A program made the translations under genes and the position numbers. This document shows, piece by piece, positions 19,624-29,426 of a stretch of DNA of 64,000 nt. The notes under the pieces are model-generated. The model was not told the DNA's origin and searched no databases. It saw nothing but the letters and a program-made list of their open reading frames with translations. Origin of the DNA: Candidatus Multivoradales bacterium (GTDB taxonomy: Bacteria; Acidobacteriota; Thermoanaerobaculia; Multivoradales; J023); contig CBDFLE010000006.1 of the NCBI GenBank assembly GCA_965248925.1, positions 5,120,001 to 5,184,000 of the forward strand, given 5' to 3'. How positions within the stretch are numbered: the stretch's first letter is position 1; the number at the start of each line of letters is the position of its first letter.

Positions 19624-22600
19624 GTGAAGGCTGAACCAACATTGGCCAGGGTCAGCGCAGCCAGAAGGCCGGCGGGCACTTTGCAACGCCCCTTCGAGCC
19701 GATTCATCGATGGATCGGCCGGCGAGCTGCCAGCGCTCCCCGGAGCATCGCGATCGAATTCGCCGGTGGCTCTCTGACCTTTGGCGAGCTGGCGCAAGCC
19801 GTGGCCGAGCTGGTCGGTAGATTGCGTCGGGCCGGGGTCGACCAGGGCGATTTGGTCGGTGTTGCGACCAGCGATCGAGAGCAAGTGGTGGTGGCGCTGT
19901 TAGCAGTGCTCGAAGTCGGCGGCCTATTCATGCCGATCGACCCAGAATTCCAGGCCGCGACTCTCGGCAGCTTGATCACCGCCGCCGAGCCGTCTTGGTG
20001 GTTGGTGGCGCCGGAGCAAGCCGAGGCGATCAGGGCGGCGAGCCGCGGCTGTGGTGTCGATTGCAGCTGTCTGGATCTTTTTCCGGTCGCTAAGAAAGAG
20101 GAGAAGAGGGCCGCTGGAGCGGCGCCGGCAGCGCTCTCTGTGATCGATCCGGAGCTACCTTGCTACGTCTATTTCACCTCCGGATCCAGTGGCCAACCGA
20201 AGGGCATTGTCGGACGCCTGAAGGCCCTCGATCACTACGCGGGCTGGATGCATGACGCTTTCGACGTCGGCTCAGATTGCCGCTTCAGCCAGCTCATCTC
20301 GCCGGCCTGGGATGGCTTCTTGCTCGATGTCTTCGTGCCCCTGTCGGCAGGCGGTACGGTGGTGGCACCGCCTGATCGAACCACCCTGCTCGATGGCGCT
20401 CGATTGGTGCGCTGGCTCGACCAAGAACAGATCAGCCACATGCATTGCACCCCCTCCTTGCTGCGCAGCCTGCTCAATCAGCCATTGCAGCCGCGGCTGT
20501 TCAGAGCCTTGCGCTGGCTGATGTTGGTTGGCGAAGCGGTGTTGCCTTCGGATGTCGCCCGCTGGATGGAGATCTTCGGCGAGCGGGTTCGACTGGTCAA
20601 CTTATATGGTCCTAGCGAAACTACCCTGACCAAGCTCTTCTATTGCATCTCAAGTGCCGATGGGGCCGCCGATACAGTGCCGATCGGTGGTCCGATGCCA
20701 GGGGCCAGGGTCTTGGTGGTCGACGAGCGTGGCCAACCTTGTCCGCCAGGGCGGGAGGGAGAAATCCTGATCCGCACCCCCTATCGTTCGTTGGGCTATC
20801 TGCGGCAACCCGAGCTCAGTGCCAAGGTCTTTGTCCAGAACCCGTTCAGCGATCGGACTGGCGATCTGGTCTATCGCACCGGCGACCTGGGACGCACGCG
20901 CGCTGATGGTTTGCTGGAGTTTATCGGCCGCCGCGATGGTCAAGTGAAGATCCGCGGCGTCCGCGTCGAGCTAGTGCCGATCGAGAGCCTGCTGTCGTCG
21001 CATCCGGCGGTGAACGAAGTGGTGGTGGTCGAACGGCGTGACCGTCAGGGTGGCAACTTCCTCTGTGCCTTCCTCAGTCTCGGCCAGCCGGTCGAAAGAG
21101 GCGAGCTACGCGCTTTTCTACTCTCCAGCCTTCCCGAGATCAAAGTGCCGTCGGCTTTCGTGGTGATGGAAAGTCTACCGCGGACTTTGACTGGCAAGAT
21201 CGATCGAGGCGCGCTACCTGAGCCGAACCAGTCGCTGCTCGGCCGGGGCCAGTCCTACCGTCAGCCCCGCAATCCGGTCGAGCAGAAGTTGGCCGCAGTC
21301 TTCGGCCGCATTCTGAATCTCGAGCGAGTCGGCATCGATGACAGCTTCTTCGAACTCGGTGGCCATTCGCTATTGTCGATGGAGCTGTTGTCGGGGATTC
21401 GGGATGAACTCGGCGTCGAGCTTCCCCTGGGGCAGATTTTCGAGCATCCGACCATCGTCGCCCTGGCGCGCGTGGTCGCTCAGGGGGCGCCGGTCAGTGC
21501 TGCCCGCTCCGCCATCTCGCCGGTCGAGCTCGGCGATGGAGAGTTTCCTCTGTCTTTCTCACAGCAACGCCTGTGGTTCGTGGATCAGCTGTCGCACGAC
21601 GCCACGTTCCTCAACATTGCCGACGCTGTCGAATTGCGAGGAGAAGTTTCGCCAGAGGTGTTGCGGCGCGCGCTGGAGCGCACCGTCGAACGTCAGGAGG
21701 CTCTGCGCACGGCCTTCGCGGAGCGCGGTGGCGAGCCCGTCCAGATGGTGGGTGAGCCGTGGTCGGTAGCGCTGCCAGAAGTCGATCTTCGGAGTTTGCC
21801 AGAGGCGCAGAGAGATAGCTTGGCAAGTCGACATCTGGCGCAAGAAAGTCGCCGGGTCTTCGATCTGCGCAACGGCCGGCTGCTGCGCTGCCGGCTGCTG
21901 CGTCTGGCCGATCAACGCTACTTGCTGATCTGCGTGATCCATCACATCATCGCTGATTGGTGGTCTTTTGGTGTGCTGGTGCGCGAGCTGACGTCGGCCT
22001 ACGAAGATCTGGCCGCGGGGCGTTCTTGCACCCTGCCGGAACTCGCCGTGCAAGGTCGCGATTTCGCGCTCTGGGAGCGTCGCTGGATGGTCGACGAAGT
22101 GCTGGAGCAACAGCTGGTCTACTGGCGAGAGCGATTGCAAGGTTGTGCGACTTTTCATCCTCTACCGCTCGACTTTCCGCGGCCCAGCCGCCAGATCCAT
22201 GCTGGCGACCAAGTCGACTTCGAGTGGCCGCGGCCGCTGGCTGCTCGGCTGGTGAGGCTTGCCGAGGAGCAGGGTTGCAGCCGTTTCATGCTCGGTTTGG
22301 CGCTCTTCCAGATAGTTGTGGCGCATCTGGTCAAGACCGACGATGTGGTGATCAGTGCGCCGGTGAGCTTTCGCGATCGGCCCGAGGTCGAGCCGTTGAT
22401 CGGTTTCTTCGTCAACACGCTGTTGTTTCGTGCTCAGCTTGCCGTCGAACTCGACTTTGGCGGTTTTCTGCTCCAAGTTCGACAGCGGGTGGTGGAAGCA
22501 TTCGATCATCAGCACCTGCCGCTCGAGCGCTTGATCGAGGAGCGGGCGCCACAGCGCAGCCTCGACCACACCCCGTTGTTGCAGATCGGTTACAGCTTTT

Positions 22601-23013
22601 TCGAGCTGGCCTCGACGACTGCTCTGCGGCTCAATTCTTTGCGGATCGAGCCTTTTCCGGTTGTCGTACAGGAGGTTCAGTTCGAGCTCAATCTGATTGT
22701 TCGTGAGACCGGCGATGGCCTTGCCGGAACCTTGCAGTACCAAACCGCGTTGTTCGAGCGCTCGACTGTCGAGCGCTTTGCCGATCTCTTGGTGAGCTTG
22801 GCCGAAGCGGTTGCAGAACATCCTGAGGCCAGCCTTGGCGAGCTTCGCCAGCGGCTTGTCACGGCGGAGCAAAGTTCTCTTGAGGCTCGCCGTGAGGTGC
22901 TTGGAGGGTGGGCTCGACAGCGCTTCTCGAAACGCCGCCGAACCGTCGTGCGAGCGGTCAGCCGAGCCGCGTCTAACAACTCAGCCAGTGAGGACTCATG
23001 CAAGACTCCCTAG
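19624..23013 (+). CDS. NRPS2, 1129 aa: A(unknown substrate)-T-C plus basic C-terminal tail
   Basis: A motifs YFTSGSSGQPKG, NLYGPSE, YRTGDL and TGKIDR. T motif FFELGGHSL. C motif variant HHIIADWWS. Manual code about DGLHMVLLTK. The GTG start follows the lyase stop after a 4-nt gap; the exact start is uncertain. Confidence 0.93.
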   Translation: MKAEPTLARVSAARRPAGTLQRPFEPIHRWIGRRAASAPRSIAIEFAGGSLTFGELAQAVAELVGRLRRAGVDQGDLVGVATSDREQVVVALLAVLEVGGLFMPIDPEFQAATLGSLITAAEPSWWLVAPEQAEAIRAASRGCGVDCSCLDLFPVAKKEEKRAAGAAPAALSVIDPELPCYVYFTSGSSGQPKGIVGRLKALDHYAGWMHDAFDVGSDCRFSQLISPAWDGFLLDVFVPLSAGGTVVAPPDRTTLLDGARLVRWLDQEQISHMHCTPSLLRSLLNQPLQPRLFRALRWLMLVGEAVLPSDVARWMEIFGERVRLVNLYGPSETTLTKLFYCISSADGAADTVPIGGPMPGARVLVVDERGQPCPPGREGEILIRTPYRSLGYLRQPELSAKVFVQNPFSDRTGDLVYRTGDLGRTRADGLLEFIGRRDGQVKIRGVRVELVPIESLLSSHPAVNEVVVVERRDRQGGNFLCAFLSLGQPVERGELRAFLLSSLPEIKVPSAFVVMESLPRTLTGKIDRGALPEPNQSLLGRGQSYRQPRNPVEQKLAAVFGRILNLERVGIDDSFFELGGHSLLSMELLSGIRDELGVELPLGQIFEHPTIVALARVVAQGAPVSAARSAISPVELGDGEFPLSFSQQRLWFVDQLSHDATFLNIADAVELRGEVSPEVLRRALERTVERQEALRTAFAERGGEPVQMVGEPWSVALPEVDLRSLPEAQRDSLASRHLAQESRRVFDLRNGRLLRCRLLRLADQRYLLICVIHHIIADWWSFGVLVRELTSAYEDLAAGRSCTLPELAVQGRDFALWERRWMVDEVLEQQLVYWRERLQGCATFHPLPLDFPRPSRQIHAGDQVDFEWPRPLAARLVRLAEEQGCSRFMLGLALFQIVVAHLVKTDDVVISAPVSFRDRPEVEPLIGFFVNTLLFRAQLAVELDFGGFLLQVRQRVVEAFDHQHLPLERLIEERAPQRSLDHTPLLQIGYSFFELASTTALRLNSLRIEPFPVVVQEVQFELNLIVRETGDGLAGTLQYQTALFERSTVERFADLLVSLAEAVAEHPEASLGELRQRLVTAEQSSLEARREVLGGWARQRFSKRRRTVVRAVSRAASNNSASEDSCKTP

Positions 23014-26000
23014 AAGGATTCCACCTTTCGAGCCAGCAGCTTCGGCTGTGGAGTGTGGCGGTTCGGGGTCAGGGCATGACCCCGCGAGCGGTGGCAAGGA
23101 TCGAATTCCACGGCGAGCTGGATCCTCAGGCCCTGTCTGCGGCGGCGAGCCAGCTGGTGGCGCGGCATGAGATTTTGCGTACCGCTTTTCGTTGCCTGCC
23201 AGGGATGAGCCGGCCGCTGCAGGTGATCGAGGAGCCGGCCGCGCCCTTGATCGAGAGGCGGGATTTCAGTGGCATCGACGAGCAGCTGGCCGCGGTGGCC
23301 GTGGCGCAAGCTTGCATCGAGTTGCAAGAGTGCGAACTCGACCTCGAAGTCGGGGTTGCATGGCGAATGCTCTGCTTACGGTTGGGCAGGGATCGCCACC
23401 AGCTGGTGTGGGTGCTACCAGCATTGTGCTGTGATGCCGCGAGCATGGTCAACTTGACCGCCGAGTTGAACCAGGCTTATCGGCAGGGGGCGGCAACCCT
23501 GGACGAGGCCACCCAATATGCCGACATCTCTAGTTGGCAGGCCGAGCTTCTGGAGGCTGATGAAGCCAGTGAGGGGAGGGCCTTTTGGCGCCGCTTGGGC
23601 GCCGCACTACCGGTCCTCGGCGACTTGCCCTTCGAACGACGCCAGGCGGAGTCCGCCGCTGGCGAGCGGGGGACCTCGCGGGTCCGGTTGCCGGCGGTGT
23701 TGGTAGACGCTCTGCGGGTATCGGCCGCAGCTCACGGCGCTGAGCCCAAAGTGCTGCTGGCGGTGGTTTGGGCGACCTTGCTGGGCCGGCTGCTGGAATC
23801 CTCCCGAGTGGCTCTAGGGATGCTTGTCGAGGGGCGTCCCTATGAAGAGATGGTGACCGCGGTGGGCCCCTACGCGCGCTGGGTGCCGCTCGATTTCCCC
23901 CTGCCAGACGAGGCCGATTTTGGCGCCTTGGTCGAGTCCACGGCGGCCCGTTTGAACGAACTCGAGGATTGGCTGGACAGCTACGACGAGCATGCTCTAG
24001 CAACCGCCTCCGAAGCTGCCGATGGGCATCGATTCGGCTTCGAATTCGAATCTCTCACTGCTGTGGTTTCCGCCGACAAGTTTCGCCTGGTGGAGCGTCG
24101 GTGGACTTCAGAGCCCTTCGAACTTCTATTGAAAGTGTGCCTCGCGGCGGCTGGCGACAGTGACGCCGAGAGTCATGTCGAACTGCATTGGAATTCTGCC
24201 CGCTGGCTGGGTTGGGAGCTCGAGCAGCTGCCATATTGGTATCGGCACCTACTCACCGACGCGGTGGAGCGGGGCGGGGCCTTGACAGCGTTGGCATGGG
24301 GTGACGCTGCCCCTCGCCGCGCTCGCTTGGCGGCGCTGAGCAGTACAGCGATCGATGTTGGCAGCGATGCCTTGCTACCGCGGCTGGTCGAGCACCAGGC
24401 CAGAATGACGCCACAACGTTGGGCGGTCAGCAGCTCCCAGGGCGAGCTCAACTATGCCGAGTTGGTTGAGCGCGCCACGCGGCTGGCGCGGCAACTGCGC
24501 GCGCGGGGCGTTGGTCAGGGAGACCGAGTAGGGATTGCAGTGCAGCGATCGCTGGCGATGGTGGTCGGCATGTTGGCGATCTGGAAGACTGGAGCTGCCT
24601 ATGTGCCGCTCGACCCAAGCTATCCGGCCGAGCGCTTACGCTTCATGATCGAGGATTCGGACCTCGCCTTGTTGCTCACCCACGAAGGCGGTTTGGCCGA
24701 CTTGGACGGCTTCACTGATCGCTGTTTGCTGGTTGATCCAGCGGGGGTTGGTGAGGGGTCGACAGCTGGCGGGGAAGGATTGCCCGAAGTTTGCTCATCG
24801 GCGCCCGCTTACGTCATCTACACCTCGGGCTCGACCGGACGGCCGAAGGGAGTAGTGGTAGCCCATCGGGCGATCGCCAATCGCTTATCGTGGATGCGCC
24901 GCGCCCAGCCGTTGGCGGCCGACGATCGGGTGCTGCAGAAAACTCCTTTCAGCTTCGATGCCTCGATTTGGGAGATCTTCCTTCCTCTGATCAGCGGCGC
25001 CGGCTTGGTGTTGGCCGAGCCTGGTGGGCAGCGTGACAACGCCTACTTGCTGGCGACCGTCGTCGCCCAGCGCATTACTGTGCTGCAATTGGTGCCATCG
25101 CAGCTGGCGGTTTTTCTACAGCAGCCTGATATTGAAGAGGGCTGTCGAGGGCTGCGGCGGATGTACTGTGGCGGGGAGGCTTTCGCGGTCCACCTGGCGG
25201 CTCGTTTTCATCAGCTTTGTGGTGCCGAGCTGTACAACCTCTATGGCCCCACCGAGGCTTCCATCGATGTTGCTTGGCAGCAGAGCTCGGGCGCCATGAG
25301 CGACGAAAGTGGCCGCGCCGCCTGGTTGCCGATCGGCCGGGCGCTTGACAACGTCCGCTTGTTGGTGGTCGATCGGCGTCTGCGCCAGCAGCCCTGGGGA
25401 GTGTCCGGCGAGCTGCTGATCGCTGGTGTCGGCCTGGCCCAGGGCTATCACCATCGGCCCGGCCTGACCGCCGAGAGGTTCTGCCCTGATCCAGCGGGGG
25501 TCGAAGTCGGTGGTCGTGGCTATCACTCCGGCGACCGGGTGCGGCGGCTACGCGACGGTGGGCTCGAGTTCCTTGGTCGCCTCGACGAGCAGGTCAAGTT
25601 GCGGGGCTTTCGCATCGAGCTGGGTGAGATCAATACTCTGATCGAGCGTCAGCCGGGTGTGCGCGAGGCGGCGACGGTGCTCCACGGCGACAGCATGGAC
25701 CAGATCCTGGCTACTTACGTGGTGCCGAGCGACCAGCAGTTGGAGGTCGAAAGTCTCGGACGGGTGCTGGCGGAGTGGCTGCCTGAGCACATGATTCCGA
25801 CGGTTTTCGTCGAACTCGATACTTTGCCGCGGCAGCCCAACGGCAAGCTCGATCGGGGTGCTCTACCCGAGCCACGGCGGCAACGTGGCGAACAGGTGCA
25901 GTGGGTGGCGCCGCGCAATTCTACCGAAGAGCTGTTGGCCGGATTCTGGTGCGAGCTGTTGGGAGTCGACGAGGTTGGTATCGACGATGATTTTTTCGCC

Positions 26001-29000
26001 CTCGGCGGACACTCGCTGTTGGCTACTCGGCTGATCGCTAGAGTGCGCGAGTTGTTCCAAGTCGAGATCAAGGTCGCGCAGCTCTTCGAGCGGCCGACGA
26101 TCGCCGAATTGGCGCCAGAGATCGCCGACGCCCGAGGCTCGAAGGATGCAACTGCTGCTGCCATTCCGCCACTGCGGCGAGCGCCGCGACCGGTACGGAT
26201 CCCGCTGTCGTTCGGACAACGGCGACTGTGGTTCCTCGACCGGCTTCAGCCTGGGTTGGTGGCCTACAACTTACCCGTGGCGATCGGCCTAGAAGGGCGG
26301 CTCGAGCGGTCGGCGCTCGAAGCAGCCCTCGGCGAAGTGGTGCGGCGTCACGAGGTCCTGCGCACGGTTTTTGAGCAGGCCGACGGCGAGCCTTACCAAA
26401 GGCTGCTGGCGCCCAACCCGGTAGTCCTGCCATGGGTCGACCTCGAGCAGCTCGAGGCTGGCGATGCCGAGGACGAGGCGCGGCTCTGGCTGGGCGAGGC
26501 AGCCGCGAGACCCTTTGATTTGCGCCGCGGGCCTCTGCTGCGGGGCCTGGTGCTGGTTCTGGAGGCGGATCGCCACGTCGCGCAGCTGACCTTGCACCAC
26601 ATTGTTTCGGACGGCTGGTCCAACAGCTTGCTAGTCGAGGAGCTGTCGACTCTTTATGGGGCGTTCATCAAGGCTCGACCCAGCCCCCTGGCGGAGCTAC
26701 CGGTGCAGTACGCAGACTACGCTTGTTGGCAACACGGTTGGCTGGCAGAGGAGGTGCTAGAGAACGAGTTGGCCTACTGGCGAGCGGCCCTAGCGGGGGC
26801 GCCAAAAGAGCTTGGTCTGCCCACCGATCGGCCGCGTCCGGCGGTGCAGTCCTTTCGCGGTGCCAGCTGCGACCTGCGGCTCGATGAAGGGCTTTCGCAG
26901 CAGCTGAAGAATCTCGCCCTACAGAGTTCGGCGACTCCTTTCATGGTCTTCGTCGCTGCCTTTCAGTTGCTGTTGGGCCGCTATGCCGGTCAGCGTGATC
27001 TCTGTATTGGAACACCGGTCGCGGGCCGCGGTCAGCTGCTTTCAGAAGGGTTGATCGGTCTGTTCGTCAATACTCTGGTACTGCGAGCCGAACTCGACCC
27101 GCGGCAGACCTGGGCCGAGCTGTTGACGGCGGTTCGCGCCACTTGCCTGGCCGCCCACGACCATCAGGAGCTGCCTTTCGAGTGCTTGGTGGAAGCCATC
27201 GAAAGCGAGCGCAGCCTCAGCCATTCGCCAGTTTTTCAGGTCATGCTGGCGCTGCAGAACGTACCTCGCGCGAGCCTCGATCTTCCCGGCCTGACCTTGA
27301 GAGCGTTAGAGTCGGATCACCGCACCTCGAAGATGGAGCTGACCCTGGTGCTGGCGGAAGCCGACGGCTGCTTTAGCGGCTCGCTAGAGTACAACACCGA
27401 CCTCTTCGACGGCGTTACCATGCGGCGCCTACTGGGCCACTTTGCAACCCTGCTCGGCAGTGTTGCCGCCGCTCCTCAGAGTCTCCTGGGTGAGCTCGAC
27501 ACGCTCTCTCGCGCCCAGCGCAATCAGCTACTGCAAGAGTGGAATTCGCGGCCGCAAACGGATACTTCGGAGCCCTTTTCCCATCGCCTCTTCGCTCTTC
27601 GGGCGGCGCAGCAGCCAAAGGCGTTGGCGGTTGCCGACGAGCGCGGCGAGCTGAGCTACGGCGAGCTTGATCAGCTGGCCAACCGGTTGGCGCACCAACT
27701 TGTCGACCTAGGAGTTGCTGCGGACCATGTGGTGGCAATCATGGTGGAGCGGTCGCCGAGTTTGGTGGTGGCGATTCTAGCGGTGATGAAGGCCGGTGGT
27801 GCCTACCTACCGCTCGACCCGGACCATCCCTCAGCCCGCTTGCAGCTGATGCTCGAAGATGCCCAACCAACAGTTTTGATCGCCACCGGAGCAACCCTCG
27901 GCCTGTTGGCCGAAGTAGCGCTGCCGGTCTTGCGGCTCGACCAGGAAGTCGGCAAAGCGGCGACAAAGACTCCGCTGGGGTCCCCCGAAGTCGAGCTGCT
28001 CCCCTCCAACCTGGCCTACGTGATCTACACCTCGGGATCTACGGGTCGACCGAAGGGAACTGGTTTGACTCATGCCGGCTTGGCCAACTTGGCGGCTTGG
28101 CATCGCCGTACCTATGCCGTCGAAGCGGCAGATCGCGCCACCATGGTCGCCAGCCAGGCCTTCGATGCTTCGGTTTGGGAGTTGTGGCCCTATCTCACCG
28201 CTGGCGCTAGCCTGCATGTGCCCGGCGCGGCGGTGCGGGGCGCGCCAGCGGCACTCTTCAGCTGGCTGGGGGAGCAGCGCATCAGCTTGAGCTTCTTGCC
28301 CACCCCGTTGGCCGAAGCGATGCTCGAAGGGGTGGCGCCGGCGGGTCTTGCCTTACGCGCCCTGTTGATCGGTGGAGACCGGCTGCACAAGATGAGTGGC
28401 AAACCACTGCCCTGCCGCGTGGTCAACCACTACGGTCCGACCGAGGACACCGTGGTGTCGACTTGGGGCGAGGTGCCGGCAGAAACCGTTTCTGACCCCT
28501 CGATAGGGCGGCCGATCGATCAAACCTCAGCCTATGTCGTCGACGCTGACCTGCGCCTGCTGCCGATCGCGGCCCGGGGTGAACTGGTCCTCGGCGGCGT
28601 CGGGCTAGCCCGCGGCTACCTACGCCGGCCAGCAGCGACGGCAGCTGCCTTCATCCCCGATCCTTTCAGTAGCCAAGTGGGGAGCCGCTTGTATCGAAGT
28701 GGCGATCTGGTGCGCCTGTCAGTGGCTGGTGATCTCGAATTCCTCGGTCGTCGCGACCACCAGATCAAGGTGCGCGGCTTTCGTATCGAACCGGGCGAGA
28801 TTGAAGCAACTCTGATGGCTGTGCCGGGGGTTCGCGAAGCCCTGGTGGTGGCCCGCAAAGCGGCCGGCGGTGGTCACCGGCTGGTGGCCTACATCGTGCC
28901 GGACGAGCCGTCTGTCGACCCGGAGTCGGCGGCCGAAGGGCTGCGCCAGGTGCTGCGCGCGGCGCTGCCGGACTACATGGTGCCGAGCGCCCTGGTGGCG

Positions 29001-29426
29001 CTCGAGGCTCTGCCACTAAGCCCCAACGGTAAGCTCGATCGAGGGGCCTTGCCGGAGCCCGAGCTGCTTGGCCGCGGCAGTTACGTGGAGCCGCAAACGC
29101 CGACTGAACAAAGCCTGGCGAAGATTTGGGCGGAAGTCTTGGAACTCGATCGGGTGGGAGCTGAGGACAATTTCTTCGCCCTAGGTGGCCATTCCTTGAT
29201 TGCTTTGAAAGTGGTTTCGCGAGTTCTCGGGCAGTTTGCAGTCGAGCTGCCGGTCCGCGATCTCTTTGCGGCCGCGACCCTCGCCGAGTTGGCGGAGCGG
29301 CTCGACCAGCTGACGCTGGAGTCAGTAGATACCGACGAACTTGCCATGTTGCTGGCCCAGGTCGAGGAAGAAGGCGACGCCGAGAGCTTGGCCGGCGAAG
29401 TTGAGAAAGCTGGGGTGAAGGGATGA
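22998..29426 (+). CDS. NRPS3, 2142 aa: interface (I)-like C domain-A(Gln-like)-T-C-A(Leu)-T plus acidic docking tail
   Basis: The N-terminal C-like domain starts EGFHLSSQQLRLW and has LPALCCD instead of HHxxxDG. Codes DAWQYGLIDK (close to the Gln code DAWQFGLIDK) and DAWFLGHVVK (Leu). Two GGHSL T domains. C-terminus ...ESVDTDELAMLLAQVEEE. Overlaps the NRPS2 end by 16 nt. Confidence 0.95.
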   Translation: MQDSLEGFHLSSQQLRLWSVAVRGQGMTPRAVARIEFHGELDPQALSAAASQLVARHEILRTAFRCLPGMSRPLQVIEEPAAPLIERRDFSGIDEQLAAVAVAQACIELQECELDLEVGVAWRMLCLRLGRDRHQLVWVLPALCCDAASMVNLTAELNQAYRQGAATLDEATQYADISSWQAELLEADEASEGRAFWRRLGAALPVLGDLPFERRQAESAAGERGTSRVRLPAVLVDALRVSAAAHGAEPKVLLAVVWATLLGRLLESSRVALGMLVEGRPYEEMVTAVGPYARWVPLDFPLPDEADFGALVESTAARLNELEDWLDSYDEHALATASEAADGHRFGFEFESLTAVVSADKFRLVERRWTSEPFELLLKVCLAAAGDSDAESHVELHWNSARWLGWELEQLPYWYRHLLTDAVERGGALTALAWGDAAPRRARLAALSSTAIDVGSDALLPRLVEHQARMTPQRWAVSSSQGELNYAELVERATRLARQLRARGVGQGDRVGIAVQRSLAMVVGMLAIWKTGAAYVPLDPSYPAERLRFMIEDSDLALLLTHEGGLADLDGFTDRCLLVDPAGVGEGSTAGGEGLPEVCSSAPAYVIYTSGSTGRPKGVVVAHRAIANRLSWMRRAQPLAADDRVLQKTPFSFDASIWEIFLPLISGAGLVLAEPGGQRDNAYLLATVVAQRITVLQLVPSQLAVFLQQPDIEEGCRGLRRMYCGGEAFAVHLAARFHQLCGAELYNLYGPTEASIDVAWQQSSGAMSDESGRAAWLPIGRALDNVRLLVVDRRLRQQPWGVSGELLIAGVGLAQGYHHRPGLTAERFCPDPAGVEVGGRGYHSGDRVRRLRDGGLEFLGRLDEQVKLRGFRIELGEINTLIERQPGVREAATVLHGDSMDQILATYVVPSDQQLEVESLGRVLAEWLPEHMIPTVFVELDTLPRQPNGKLDRGALPEPRRQRGEQVQWVAPRNSTEELLAGFWCELLGVDEVGIDDDFFALGGHSLLATRLIARVRELFQVEIKVAQLFERPTIAELAPEIADARGSKDATAAAIPPLRRAPRPVRIPLSFGQRRLWFLDRLQPGLVAYNLPVAIGLEGRLERSALEAALGEVVRRHEVLRTVFEQADGEPYQRLLAPNPVVLPWVDLEQLEAGDAEDEARLWLGEAAARPFDLRRGPLLRGLVLVLEADRHVAQLTLHHIVSDGWSNSLLVEELSTLYGAFIKARPSPLAELPVQYADYACWQHGWLAEEVLENELAYWRAALAGAPKELGLPTDRPRPAVQSFRGASCDLRLDEGLSQQLKNLALQSSATPFMVFVAAFQLLLGRYAGQRDLCIGTPVAGRGQLLSEGLIGLFVNTLVLRAELDPRQTWAELLTAVRATCLAAHDHQELPFECLVEAIESERSLSHSPVFQVMLALQNVPRASLDLPGLTLRALESDHRTSKMELTLVLAEADGCFSGSLEYNTDLFDGVTMRRLLGHFATLLGSVAAAPQSLLGELDTLSRAQRNQLLQEWNSRPQTDTSEPFSHRLFALRAAQQPKALAVADERGELSYGELDQLANRLAHQLVDLGVAADHVVAIMVERSPSLVVAILAVMKAGGAYLPLDPDHPSARLQLMLEDAQPTVLIATGATLGLLAEVALPVLRLDQEVGKAATKTPLGSPEVELLPSNLAYVIYTSGSTGRPKGTGLTHAGLANLAAWHRRTYAVEAADRATMVASQAFDASVWELWPYLTAGASLHVPGAAVRGAPAALFSWLGEQRISLSFLPTPLAEAMLEGVAPAGLALRALLIGGDRLHKMSGKPLPCRVVNHYGPTEDTVVSTWGEVPAETVSDPSIGRPIDQTSAYVVDADLRLLPIAARGELVLGGVGLARGYLRRPAATAAAFIPDPFSSQVGSRLYRSGDLVRLSVAGDLEFLGRRDHQIKVRGFRIEPGEIEATLMAVPGVREALVVARKAAGGGHRLVAYIVPDEPSVDPESAAEGLRQVLRAALPDYMVPSALVALEALPLSPNGKLDRGALPEPELLGRGSYVEPQTPTEQSLAKIWAEVLELDRVGAEDNFFALGGHSLIALKVVSRVLGQFAVELPVRDLFAAATLAELAERLDQLTLESVDTDELAMLLAQVEEEGDAESLAGEVEKAGVKG

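Noticed and set aside
23010-24290. Calling the LPALCxD domains degenerate or pseudogenised C domains (also the NRPS5 and NRPS6 N-termini)
   Set aside because: The same substitution recurs three times, each time after a protein that already supplies an intact C domain. That is the interface-domain arrangement.
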